A stretch of DNA of 64,000 nt from a virus. Positions 38,545 to 48,725 of the stretch are shown piece after piece; within the stretch, counting starts at the first letter, position 1; every line of letters starts with the position of its first letter. Below the pieces are notes generated by a model, which was not told the DNA's origin, searched no databases, and saw only the letters and a list, made by a program, of their open reading frames with translations. Location of the stretch: the IMG/VR virus record IMGVR_UViG_3300008262_003578. One strand, 5' to 3'. Both the position numbers and the translations under genes were made by a program.

Positions 38545-39436
38545 AATTTTTAATAAAGTACTTTATAGTTTTTTTTAATCCATCATATAGTGGGGTAAAA
38601 TTAAAATCGGGTAAATAATTTTTTAATTTTGAATTATCTGATGGTTTTCTATATTGACCATCTGGTTTATTGACGTTGAAATATACCTTACCCTCAAATT
38701 CCATAATTTCAGTTATGATACTGACAACTTCTTTAATTGATATTTCTTGTGAAGTTGATAAAATAATTGGTTCGGATTCAGTGTAGTTATATAAAACCCA
38801 TTCAGTTAATTTTGCAACATCTTCACTAAAAATGAACTCCCTTAATGAATTTCCTGACCCCCAAATTTCAAACGGAGTGTTATTTTTTTTGGCTAAATAA
38901 CATTTATGAATTAATGAAGGTATGACATGACCATTTTCAATATTGTAGTTGTCATTTGGACCATAGATATTAGTGGGTATAACCGATTTATAATTTAATC
39001 CGTATTGTTCTCTATATGCTCGTATCTGAATATCTGTCATTCTTTTGGCATATGCATATGCGTCGTTTGAAAAATGAGGTGGTCCTAAATGTATTTTATT
39101 CTCAGTTAAAGGATATTCTATATTGTCGGGGAATACACATGTGGATAAAAAAGCAACAAGATTTTTAATACCGTGAACCCTTGCTGATTCAATAACATTC
39201 GTATTCATCATTATATTATCGTGAAAAAATTCACCTTTATAGTTCATATTTCCACCAACACCCCCAACTCTACCAGCACAATGAATTATGGAGTCAAATT
39301 TTATCTTATTTAACACCTCGTCAATTTCGGTTCTATTTCTTAAATCACATTTACTTGACGATAATGGGGTATAATTATCCCCATTAAATTCAGAACCAAC
39401 AAGACCATAACCCCCTGTTACTAAAATATTTCCCAT
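38525..39436 (-). CDS. fcl: GDP-L-fucose synthase
   Basis: VTGGYGLVG, AGRVGG, LSTCVFP, YAYAKR, PTNIYGPNDNY, HVIPSLIHK. Confidence 0.9.
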   Translation of the reverse strand: MGNILVTGGYGLVGSEFNGDNYTPLSSSKCDLRNRTEIDEVLNKIKFDSIIHCAGRVGGVGGNMNYKGEFFHDNIMMNTNVIESARVHGIKNLVAFLSTCVFPDNIEYPLTENKIHLGPPHFSNDAYAYAKRMTDIQIRAYREQYGLNYKSVIPTNIYGPNDNYNIENGHVIPSLIHKCYLAKKNNTPFEIWGSGNSLREFIFSEDVAKLTEWVLYNYTESEPIILSTSQEISIKEVVSIITEIMEFEGKVYFNVNKPDGQYRKPSDNSKLKNYLPDFNFTPLYDGLKKTIKYFIKNYENVRK

Positions 39437-40656
39437 CACATCCCAATAATTTCAAAAGTGGGGCAAGGAACAATAAATTTACCCCCACTTTTTAAAAATT
39501 CTGACTCTCTTTCAACAAACTCATTTATAAAATGCCAAGGTAGTACTAACAAATAATCAGGTTTAGCCTTTCTCATTTCATCTTCAGAATAAATAGGAAT
39601 GTTAGTACCGACTGTTTTAAGTCCGAACTTGTATATACTTCTTTCAGCAATACCGTCAATCAAAGTATGGTCTAATCCAAAATATTGTAAAAGAGTATTA
39701 CCTTTAGTTGATGCCCCATAGCCCCAAATTGTTTTTCCTTTGGATTTTTCTTCCTTAATAAAGGAGATTGTTTTTTCTTTTAAATCGTTAATCCTATCAA
39801 AAAATTTTAACCAAACCTCTTCTTTATCTAAACCTAATGTTCTTTCATATTCTAACGTAGATTTTAATCTGAAATTACAAATATCACGATAAGGCTGAGT
39901 TCCGAATTTAGTTTTATCGGAATTTTCTTTCATACAATAAATTCTAAAAGACCCTCCGTTAGTGTCATTAAGTTGTATATCAACTATATCAATACCACAT
40001 TCTTTAAATATTTTTTGGATATTAAACAATGAATAGTAATATACATGTTCATGGCAAATGTTATCAAAGGCTAATTGCTCAATCATCAATGGTGTGTATG
40101 ATAATTGTAATACCCATACTCCATTATCGTCCAAAATTTCAACGATATCATTTACAAAACTTTTAGGGTCTTCTAAATCATAAAACATTGCAATGGTAGT
40201 TATAACCTTTGCCTTTAATTTTCCAAATTTACTTTCTTTAAAAACCTTTGACGTGAAATAATCCTGAATAATTAAATTGGCATGTTTTTCGGATTCTCTT
40301 TTAAATGAATCATCAACTGGGTCTATACCGACTTTAATTAAGTTATCGGGTACATTACTCAATAATGTACCATCATTACATGCGATATCCACCCATAAAT
40401 CATTTTCGTTTAATTTAACAATGTCAGTTATTGAATTAACAATTGATTTTAATTCTTTTTTCATGGTATTATTAATTCCTGACCTATACCAATATTTTCC
40501 ATACATAGTATCTAAAGGTGCTATTTTTTCTAATCTAACCGCACCCGTTTCAGGTTCTAACATCATTTTCATCTCTACTGAACCACCTCTTGGGGATTCA
40601 CCATCTTTTAAAAAGTCAGAAACATATAAATCTCCTAGTGTAAATAATTCTTTCAT
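39436..40656 (-). CDS. NDP-hexose C-methyltransferase family protein
   Basis: YWYRSG, DIACNDGTLL, FDNICHEH..YYS, NGGSFR, YGASTKGNTLLQY, LPWHF..E. Confidence 0.85.
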   Translation of the reverse strand: MKELFTLGDLYVSDFLKDGESPRGGSVEMKMMLEPETGAVRLEKIAPLDTMYGKYWYRSGINNTMKKELKSIVNSITDIVKLNENDLWVDIACNDGTLLSNVPDNLIKVGIDPVDDSFKRESEKHANLIIQDYFTSKVFKESKFGKLKAKVITTIAMFYDLEDPKSFVNDIVEILDDNGVWVLQLSYTPLMIEQLAFDNICHEHVYYYSLFNIQKIFKECGIDIVDIQLNDTNGGSFRIYCMKENSDKTKFGTQPYRDICNFRLKSTLEYERTLGLDKEEVWLKFFDRINDLKEKTISFIKEEKSKGKTIWGYGASTKGNTLLQYFGLDHTLIDGIAERSIYKFGLKTVGTNIPIYSEDEMRKAKPDYLLVLPWHFINEFVERESEFLKSGGKFIVPCPTFEIIGM

Positions 40657-40664
40657 AAGTTTTA

Positions 40665-41273
40665 TTATTTTAATAATTTATTATTAACATACCAATCTTC
40701 ATATGGTTTGTTATACCATTCAGGATTTGGGTCTAAACACGGAGCGTTATCAACAACTCTAGAAAACCCGTTTTTAGTTAAAAGTTCAAAAATTTGATTT
40801 TTACGAGTATCACCATCACAATAAAGATTATGTTCTACAGTAATCAGACCAATCTCATATTTGATAAAATCAAACTCTTTTAATGCGATATATTCGTAAC
40901 CTTCAATATCTATAGATAAATAATCAATAACGTTTGGTGCATTATTTTCGTCTAATATATTTAAAAGAGTGTCACAATCAATACTGATACCTTCATTAGT
41001 TATTTTATATTCATTAGCATTAAAATTACAAGTACCTTTATAATCAGTTACCGCCTTGTTGACGTTTACCGATTTCCTGTTTTTAATCAATGAATTAAAA
41101 ACTGACGGATTAGCTTCAATACATATTCCTGACCAATTAAAATTTTTCTCAAAAAAATAAGTATTACTTGTTTGAATTCCATCATAAGCACCAACCTCAA
41201 TAAAGTACCCATTTTTTTTGAATTCTAAAAATTCTGCGACCCATTTGTCTTGATTAGATTGTGAATAATACAT
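40665..41273 (-). CDS. FkbM-family O-methyltransferase
   Basis: YYSQ..QD, FIEVGAYDG...SNT, GICIEAN, IDYLSIDIEG.E. Confidence 0.88.
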   Translation of the reverse strand: MYYSQSNQDKWVAEFLEFKKNGYFIEVGAYDGIQTSNTYFFEKNFNWSGICIEANPSVFNSLIKNRKSVNVNKAVTDYKGTCNFNANEYKITNEGISIDCDTLLNILDENNAPNVIDYLSIDIEGYEYIALKEFDFIKYEIGLITVEHNLYCDGDTRKNQIFELLTKNGFSRVVDNAPCLDPNPEWYNKPYEDWYVNNKLLK

Positions 41274-41275
41274 TT

Positions 41276-41911
41276 TTACTTTTTTATATATATTTGATTA
41301 TAATCAACGATGTCGGATAGATAATACCCAATACTTTCAAAATAATTCTTATATGAATCATCATTTAAAAAATTTTCAACGACAATTAATTTACAATCAA
41401 TATTTTTAGTATTTAGACCTCTCATAACCTCAATTTCCCAACCTTCAACATCAATTGATAAGATATCAACCTTATTAATATTGAGTTCACCTAATATCGT
41501 GTCTAGTTTTTTTATTTTGACTTTTATTTTTTCACTATTTTTATCTGTTAAAATAAAATTAGTGTTATTTAGATAACTTTCTTTAACGTCAATAGAAGAA
41601 AATGAGTGGTCGGTTACAACTCCCCCATACGCGTTTACCTCTTGATGAACTATAGTAAATTCACCATCTCTATCTTCATAAGAACATGCAAATTCATACA
41701 CTTCGTTACCAACCTCTTTATGTTGTTCTACAAAAGTAGGGTTAGGTTCAATTATAATTGACCTCCAACCGTTATCTTTAAAGTGTTTTGACATTGATAA
41801 AAACTCAGGAGTCGCACCCCCAACCTCAACGATTAATCCTTTATATTCGTAATCTGAAAAATATTTTTCTCTAATTATTTTATCAGTATCATATTCAGCG
41901 TAAAACTCCAT
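41276..41911 (-). CDS. FkbM-family O-methyltransferase
   Basis: IVEVGGA, IIIEPN, VDILSIDVEGWE. Confidence 0.85.
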   Translation of the reverse strand: MEFYAEYDTDKIIREKYFSDYEYKGLIVEVGGATPEFLSMSKHFKDNGWRSIIIEPNPTFVEQHKEVGNEVYEFACSYEDRDGEFTIVHQEVNAYGGVVTDHSFSSIDVKESYLNNTNFILTDKNSEKIKVKIKKLDTILGELNINKVDILSIDVEGWEIEVMRGLNTKNIDCKLIVVENFLNDDSYKNYFESIGYYLSDIVDYNQIYIKK

Positions 41912-41969
41912 ATTCCATTTTTTTATTATTTAAATTATTGTTAGGGTAATATTATTATTAATTAATAAA

Positions 41970-42886
41970 TCACAGTTCCATTATTTTGTCAAAATTATTT
42001 ATAAAATTTTCATTTGACCATTTTAGTTTATGTTCTAGTAAAGGAGAACAACCACCACTGATTATATCAGTAATTTTATTTTTCTCAATAGAAATTTCAT
42101 CACAAAATATATATGTCTCATCATATTACAATTAGTGACCGCAATTGGTACATCAACTGATAATGCGTAATCAATAACAGATGAGATACCTTTAGATGGT
42201 TTTTTATCATAATAGAAACAATTCACACTACTTTCATTTAACCACTCCAATAACTCATAATTACTCATGTAATGGTCTGTAATAATAAATTCATTTTTAT
42301 TATTTAACATATTCTCACATAATTTTAAAGTTTCGGTTTTCAAATGGTTATTTATGTCAACATTTGCATTTGGAATATGGAATCTAATTAAAGAATCGGT
42401 ATATTCTTCATTAATTTTATTAATTAAATTGTGAAATCCTTTATCCGGAAACCCAAACCCAAATGAAGAAATAATTGGTCTTTCGTTATTTTGTTTATTT
42501 TTACTTGGTTTAAAATCAAATAAACACCGGTTAATATTATGTTCAGTAACATTATCAACAATTTTTGTTGGGTCATTGTATAGTATTCCTTTTATACTAG
42601 AAAACTTTAAATCACCATCGTGATAAATAAAATAACAATTATATTGTGACGATAATTGATTAACTATCTCATCTGTTATCCATCCCATAACCCATATAAT
42701 GTAATTAAAAACAATAATATCTATTTTATTATTATTTAAAAAATTATTTAAAGTTGTAACGTCATTAGTTTCTAAGTAATAGTAATTGTTGTTTTTACTT
42801 TTTTTAAGACTTTCATATATGTTTAACCCATATTGATGAACACCACAATTAGTTGTTTGTCTATTAACAATTAAAATATCTTTCAT
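41970..42886 (-). pseudogene. GT-B-like protein interrupted by a frameshift at an (AT)4 tract (or an assembly error)
   Basis: frame stops at 42062; removing one AT at 42107-42114 gives RHIFCDEISIEK...KWSNENFINNFDKIMEL* ending at 41970, matching the length of paralog 42883-43815. Confidence 0.6.
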
Positions 42887-43815
42887 AACGATTCTATCAT
42901 TCTTTTATAATCATTTGTCATTCTTTCAGGTGACCACAAGTCGTACAACTCTTTTACTTTTGTATTGTTTTTTAAAAACGACTTTAAATTATTTTTTTGT
43001 TCAAAAAAACCTATGTGATTATGAAAATGTCGGTACATATAGGTATTATTAACCACTAAACTAGATTGCGAACTTACCGCCAAATCAGCACTTCCACCAA
43101 CCCCGATAAACGGGTGAGGGGGATTATAAAAGTACATATTTAAATCATTTTTAGATAAGAAATTAATAACCTCATCCTCAGATTCAAAATAAGTGTTAGT
43201 AATATTTAAATTAACGTTTTTCTTATTAATAATATTTTTCCATAAATTAAATTTATATGTATCATCACCACCACCAAAAGTAGCTTGAGTTATATTCATA
43301 TTAATATTTACCTCATCAAATTCGTCGTGTATTAGTTCAATCATCCTGTCAAACATTTTCCAAGGGGAAACACTAAAACCATGAGAACCTATATTTAAAA
43401 TATTGTTTTCATTTTTTTGTTTTGTAAACCTTCTTATTGGTCTAATAGTCGTAAATTTATTATCACTTATAGTTTGATTAGTATCGTCATGAATCACCCA
43501 ACAATCAAAAGTTGTGTTGTAAAAACTAACCATTTCAGGAGTTAGTGGGTCATGGATTATACCGATATGTTTAGCATTGGGATACTCATTAAAAAGACCT
43601 TTATGTATATATGGTAATGTACTTAGGTAATAATTATACAATACATAATTAGGTTTTTCATTTTCCATAATTGACCTATATTCCGATTCCCCATTTACAG
43701 GGGTTTCAAAATACTTAACAGGTAAAATGTTTTTATCTAAAAGGTCATAAATCCTCTTACCAATTTCATATACACCACACTGTGATTTTGAATGATTGAT
43801 ATATAATATACTCAT
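42883..43815 (-). CDS. GT-B-like glycosyltransferase, paralog of the adjacent gene
   Basis: shared N-terminal CGV motif and GF/D.A.S segments with 41970-42886. Confidence 0.55.
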   Translation of the reverse strand: MSILYINHSKSQCGVYEIGKRIYDLLDKNILPVKYFETPVNGESEYRSIMENEKPNYVLYNYYLSTLPYIHKGLFNEYPNAKHIGIIHDPLTPEMVSFYNTTFDCWVIHDDTNQTISDNKFTTIRPIRRFTKQKNENNILNIGSHGFSVSPWKMFDRMIELIHDEFDEVNINMNITQATFGGGDDTYKFNLWKNIINKKNVNLNITNTYFESEDEVINFLSKNDLNMYFYNPPHPFIGVGGSADLAVSSQSSLVVNNTYMYRHFHNHIGFFEQKNNLKSFLKNNTKVKELYDLWSPERMTNDYKRMIESL

Positions 43816-43817
43816 TT

Positions 43818-44759
43818 TTATTTTTTTAATTCTTTTTTTATCATGTCAATTATTAACTCATCAACATTATATTTTGGTTCCCACCCAATTGATTTAAGTT
43901 TAAAATTATTACCAATTATATTATAATCAATAGATAAATTTTTTGATTCTTCATAATCAATATAGTCATAAAAATTTAAATTATGTAGGGTAAAAAATTT
44001 TTTAGCAAACTCAAACATATTAGTTGATACACCACTACTAAAAACAAAATCGTCATTGATTTTATTGTCAATAATTAATTTAACTCCACTCATAAAATCT
44101 TTAGCATGGCTAATATCTCTATTAAAATTTAAACCGTATAATTTTATTTTTTTGTTTTCTCCCTTAATTATTTGACCAACTAATGATGATATTTTTTTAC
44201 TAACAAATTTATCACTTCTATAATAGGATTCATGATTAAAAAATATACCTGAAGAACATTTAATACCGTATTTAATTCTATATTCGGACATTAAATTATG
44301 GACCGCTAATTTTGAAATCCCATAAGGGTACATTGGAGATGTTTTACTTTCTTCGGTAATTATTTTTTCATTTGACCTTCCATACATTAATGATGAAGAT
44401 GCCTGAAAGAAAAAAATATCTTTATTTTGTTTAACAATTGAATTTAATATATTTGAGGGAATAATGTAATTATGTTCAAATGTTCTGTAAGTGTCTTCCC
44501 ATGGATTTATAACATCAGTTTCTCCTGCAAAATTAACAACCACATCTGGTTTAATTGTTTTTATTAATTGATTTACATAATTAAAATCTGACAATTCTGA
44601 TAAACATAAATTAATATTGAATTTTTTATTATGTTCTTTTAACCTCTCAATCGGGGTCATCATTCTACAAACCCCGTGCAATTCATAATCTTCTTGAATT
44701 ATTTCGGTTAACAATATACCATCCTGACCTAAAGGGCCTGTTATTAGTATTTTAATCAT
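43818..44759 (-). CDS. Gmd-like extended SDR (GDP-sugar enzyme)
   Basis: ITGPLGQDG, QASSSLMYG, YGISK, FNHES, RDISHAKD. Confidence 0.8.
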   Translation of the reverse strand: MIKILITGPLGQDGILLTEIIQEDYELHGVCRMMTPIERLKEHNKKFNINLCLSELSDFNYVNQLIKTIKPDVVVNFAGETDVINPWEDTYRTFEHNYIIPSNILNSIVKQNKDIFFFQASSSLMYGRSNEKIITEESKTSPMYPYGISKLAVHNLMSEYRIKYGIKCSSGIFFNHESYYRSDKFVSKKISSLVGQIIKGENKKIKLYGLNFNRDISHAKDFMSGVKLIIDNKINDDFVFSSGVSTNMFEFAKKFFTLHNLNFYDYIDYEESKNLSIDYNIIGNNFKLKSIGWEPKYNVDELIIDMIKKELKK

Positions 44760-45529
44760 ATATTAATGAACTTTTCAATACCATTTAAATGTTTATAACC
44801 CCCATAGGTTATATAATAATAATCATTAATATATTTCTCATCCCCAATATAATGAGTTTCATCGGGTATGATTAGTTCACCCAAATGAGGTTTCCCCAAA
44901 CAGTGGGCAATTGCTAATGGGGTTGACATATTACCTATAAAAAATTTACACGAATTAATTGATTGTACAAGTTCATTAAATGAATTACAGTGAATCAATT
45001 CAACCTTATCTTTATATGGGAATGACTCATATTCATGTAGCGTGTTAATATTAGTAATAAATTTACATTTATTTTCGTTTACTAATTTTTCCCAAGGAAA
45101 AAGGACTGTATGTCTGTGTAAACTTCTGTGGATTAGAATAGAATCCTCAAGACCCTCAATTTTATCAGATTGAACCCAGGGTGTTTTAGGAGGTTCTAAA
45201 TTATAGTTATCACAAAGCATATCAATCCAGTTAGATTTGAAGAACAATTTGGACCACCTCCATTGATTTAAGTTTATATAATCCTCAACAACATCCCCTT
45301 CTCTTAGTAAGTGGAATGAATTAATATAAATTTGAGACATTATAAATGGTTCTAAATCATAATATGTACTGTGCATATCAAAATGAAACCCATCCCCACC
45401 ATATTCGGATAAGTTTGTTATATATAAAACACCTTTTTTGTTATTTTTTTCGCATATTAATTTTATAACCATTAGGTTATGTAATAAGTCACCCGTTTTT
45501 CCCCCACATATAAAATTAATTTTTTCCAT
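44756..45529 (-). CDS. GT9-like glycosyltransferase domain protein
   Basis: GDLLH near the N-terminus; INSCKFFIGNMS..LAIAHCLGKP. Confidence 0.55.
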   Translation of the reverse strand: MEKINFICGGKTGDLLHNLMVIKLICEKNNKKGVLYITNLSEYGGDGFHFDMHSTYYDLEPFIMSQIYINSFHLLREGDVVEDYINLNQWRWSKLFFKSNWIDMLCDNYNLEPPKTPWVQSDKIEGLEDSILIHRSLHRHTVLFPWEKLVNENKCKFITNINTLHEYESFPYKDKVELIHCNSFNELVQSINSCKFFIGNMSTPLAIAHCLGKPHLGELIIPDETHYIGDEKYINDYYYITYGGYKHLNGIEKFINI

Positions 45530-45770
45530 ACATTTTGTTACTGCCTTGTTTATATAATTTTTGAGGTTTTTGATTTATTACAATATCGTTAATCATTTCA
45601 TCAATTTCTTGTATTAAATCATTTCTTTGTTGGTTAGCAATATTAGTTATTTTGGTTGCGTTAGATATTTCAGAATCAGTAGCGTTAACATTTCGTTTAA
45701 TATCCTCAGCCATCCAAATTCTAATATTGGTCACAGTTAATTTATCTATTAAGTTTCCTATTGTTTCCAT
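45516..45770 (-). CDS. DUF4254-like small helical protein
   Basis: IDKL...IW..ED.......NQQRNDLIQEID pattern. Confidence 0.55.
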   Translation of the reverse strand: METIGNLIDKLTVTNIRIWMAEDIKRNVNATDSEISNATKITNIANQQRNDLIQEIDEMINDIVINQKPQKLYKQGSNKMYGKN

Positions 45771-45771
45771 T

Positions 45772-47280
45772 TTAATTCATATTTAAAAAACATTCTTTAA
45801 TTTTGTCGAAATTATCTAACATAAACGGTAATAAATTGTTATGGTAATCTTGTTGTAATTTTTTTAAATTATCACTATCCTCGTTCCTTGTTTGACTTTC
45901 ATAATGATATGCAACAATGTTTCCATCACAATAATTTGTCAACCCCAATGTCACACATTTTAAATTTAACTCAACATCTTCTAAACAACTAATATAGTTT
46001 TCATTAAAATACCCACATTTTTCAAAAATGTCTTTCTTAATCATCAATAACCCACCTGTATTACCCGTTTCCTTAGTTAGGGTTGTAGAATAATTATAAT
46101 AATTTGTTAAATTTTTATGACTCAATCGGATATTACCACTTTTATCAACAAAAAGTATAATTCCATCATGCTGAATGGTTTTATTTTCAAAATGAAGTCT
46201 ACCCCCAACAGTTCCGACCTTAGTTTTTTCTTTAAAAACTTTCAACATACCATAAATCGCATTGTTCAACAACTTAATGTCATTGTTACAGAATAGGATA
46301 AATTCATATTCATTTCCAATATGATGTTTTACTACTTCATTATTTATCTTAGCAAAATTATAATAATCAAATTCTATTAATTTAACATTTGTATTTTCAT
46401 ACCTTATTTTAATTAATTCCTTTTCTTCAACTGACGAACCTGTATCGGCAATAAAAATATCATATAACAATGTATTACAGTGTTCGTGAAATGAATCAAC
46501 ACAATCAAATAATAAATTTAATTTACTTTTTGTTGGGATGATGACCGCAACTTTACCAACATTTTTAATTTGTTTTTCTTTAATTTCAGGAACATATATT
46601 GATTCAGGTTTTAAATCTAACGGTAAAATTGACCTGAATTTATTAATAAATTTTTCTTTGGTTTCATAAAATTCTTGATTCGGTTTCCCAACCGATTGGT
46701 GGGTTATTTCAAATGATGAGGTAACACCTATCTTAACACCATCAACATAATTAGGTAAACAAAAACTATGGTCATAAAAATGGAAACGTCCCATGGTCTC
46801 ATCAAATTTATGTATTATCTTTGTTTTGTCAAATGCCATAAATAAACCATCAATACTTACGACAGGAACTAAGAATGGTAATTTTGGTGAGTATTTACTT
46901 AAAAACTTTTTATGACCGTCAGGATGATGATAAACTTGACCAACCATAGTTTGTTTTAATCTTTCCCAATACACACCCGACTCAGGAAAATAACAACTAC
47001 CAGCCTTACCAATTATACCGAATTCAGGGTTGTTAGAAAAATCCTCTAACAATTTTTTACCCCAATTTTTTTCAAGTTTAATATCGTTATGACAACATAC
47101 AACAATATCATACTTGGCATCTTTTATTCCTTTATTGTAAAGTTCGGATAATGAGTATTCGTTATGGTTTACGTAAGGTAAAACCTGTACCCATTGAAGT
47201 CCTGATGTTAACACAAGATGGTCATTAAACTTATCGTTGTATTCTTTATCTTTATGTGTTGAGTAAATTATTGTTATCAT
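45772..47280 (-). CDS. two-domain GT2-family glycosyltransferase
   Basis: N-terminal YNKG..CHND..IDGLF..FHFYD; C-terminal IIPTK, FCNNDI, EDVELN, AYHYESQTR. Confidence 0.85.
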   Translation of the reverse strand: MITIIYSTHKDKEYNDKFNDHLVLTSGLQWVQVLPYVNHNEYSLSELYNKGIKDAKYDIVVCCHNDIKLEKNWGKKLLEDFSNNPEFGIIGKAGSCYFPESGVYWERLKQTMVGQVYHHPDGHKKFLSKYSPKLPFLVPVVSIDGLFMAFDKTKIIHKFDETMGRFHFYDHSFCLPNYVDGVKIGVTSSFEITHQSVGKPNQEFYETKEKFINKFRSILPLDLKPESIYVPEIKEKQIKNVGKVAVIIPTKSKLNLLFDCVDSFHEHCNTLLYDIFIADTGSSVEEKELIKIRYENTNVKLIEFDYYNFAKINNEVVKHHIGNEYEFILFCNNDIKLLNNAIYGMLKVFKEKTKVGTVGGRLHFENKTIQHDGIILFVDKSGNIRLSHKNLTNYYNYSTTLTKETGNTGGLLMIKKDIFEKCGYFNENYISCLEDVELNLKCVTLGLTNYCDGNIVAYHYESQTRNEDSDNLKKLQQDYHNNLLPFMLDNFDKIKECFLNMN

Positions 47281-47422
47281 CTTCGTTTTCTTCTAATAAT
47301 TTCTTTAACTTATCTAATTTTTCTGTCATATACCCATTCCACCACCCATCATTCATATTTGACATGGCAATTTCAGACTTCACCTTTTCAATCTCACACT
47401 CTATTTCTTTTTTACTTTTCAT
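47252..47422 (-). CDS. small hypothetical protein (56 aa)
   Basis: MKSKKEIECEIEK...; ATGA overlap with the dUTPase stop; fills an otherwise empty gap. Confidence 0.5.
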   Translation of the reverse strand: MKSKKEIECEIEKVKSEIAMSNMNDGWWNGYMTEKLDKLKKLLEENEDDNNNLLNT

Positions 47423-48024
47423 ATCCCTGTACTTCCAAATCCGTTATCACCTCTTTCTTTTTCGTTTATTTTTTCTTTTTCAACCAAATTAACCCACTTT
47501 CCATTAACAACAGGGCAAAGAACTGCTTGAGCAACCTTCATACCTTTAGTTATCGTTACAGGGTGATTATTTGTGTTAAATACAATTACTTGAACTTCAC
47601 CTGTATATCCATTGTCAACAGTTCCTGGTGAGTTAAGAACCATTAGTCCTTGTTTAATCGCTAAGCCGCTTTTAGACCTAACTTGAATTTCGTACCCATC
47701 TTTAATATCAAATGAAAGACCTGTCGGAACTAAAACTCTACCAAAAGAAGGTATTTCTATTTCCTCGGTTGAATATAAATCAAATCCAGAATCACTTGAA
47801 TAATTATAGAACGGGTCAATTGCATTTTCATTTAACTTAGTATACCCTAAATCAAGTGTTGGTTCATATTCATTAAATGCCTTTTCAATTTCACTAAAAT
47901 CAACACCAAATTCGTCCATTATTGAGTCAAAATCTCCAACGTCATCATCTTTAGTTAATTTCATAATCTCATCAATTTCTTTCATTTTTTCGTTGTAGAA
48001 ATTGTAATTTTCAGGATTTGTCAT
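47419..48024 (-). CDS. dut: trimeric dUTPase with acidic N-terminal extension
   Basis: SGFDL, VPTGL, RSKSGLA (K in motif 2), SPGTVDNGYTGE, AQAV, RGDNGFGSTG. Confidence 0.9.
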   Translation of the reverse strand: MTNPENYNFYNEKMKEIDEIMKLTKDDDVGDFDSIMDEFGVDFSEIEKAFNEYEPTLDLGYTKLNENAIDPFYNYSSDSGFDLYSTEEIEIPSFGRVLVPTGLSFDIKDGYEIQVRSKSGLAIKQGLMVLNSPGTVDNGYTGEVQVIVFNTNNHPVTITKGMKVAQAVLCPVVNGKWVNLVEKEKINEKERGDNGFGSTGI

Positions 48025-48722
48025 TTTAGTTCTTTTAATTTTTTTATAGCTTCTATTAATACCTCCACATCCTTCTCACAATATTCGGCAATTTCTTTTA
48101 TCATATTCTTATTCCAATAAGAATCGTGGACATTTGCCCCAGACACCTCACCACCTTTTGGTGATTCAATCCCCAAACAAGAGCAAAGTAAATCAAGGGA
48201 CCCAATTGCGGTATAAGCCCCGTATTGCCATATTTCTTTAGTGTCAATCGCTTTAACTTCCCATGGCTTTGTATCATATGATGGAAGAATCTTGGATGGC
48301 ATAATCCCATTAATAATCATACGCTTAGCCAACATAGGAATATCAAAATTCTTTAAATTGTGACCACATAGATAAAAATCAAGTTTATGACATCTATCTA
48401 AAAGATTTCTAACTTGGATTAAAAGTTCCTTTTCATCTTCACCTGAAAATGTTTGTTTTTTAACATCACCATTATCCATAACAAATGCCATTGACACACA
48501 AACAATTTTTGCAAATTCGGGGACCAATGCCCCCCGTTTTATAAAAACATCATCAGGAACAAGTCCTACGTCTTCTGGAAATCTTTTTTGAAACCAATCA
48601 AAGTACTTACTGAATTGGTCCGCAAGTTCGGGACTAAATTTTTGACAAGATTCGTAATCAGGACAACCCCCAACAGTCTCAATGTCTAAGAATAAAATTT
48701 TAGTAATTGGAATATTAATCAT
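48021..48722 (-). CDS. PolB-related 3'-5' exonuclease (DEDDy)
   Basis: FLDIETV, GHNLKNFDIP, YCEKDV. Confidence 0.85.
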   Translation of the reverse strand: MINIPITKILFLDIETVGGCPDYESCQKFSPELADQFSKYFDWFQKRFPEDVGLVPDDVFIKRGALVPEFAKIVCVSMAFVMDNGDVKKQTFSGEDEKELLIQVRNLLDRCHKLDFYLCGHNLKNFDIPMLAKRMIINGIMPSKILPSYDTKPWEVKAIDTKEIWQYGAYTAIGSLDLLCSCLGIESPKGGEVSGANVHDSYWNKNMIKEIAEYCEKDVEVLIEAIKKLKELK

Positions 48723-48725
48723 ATC

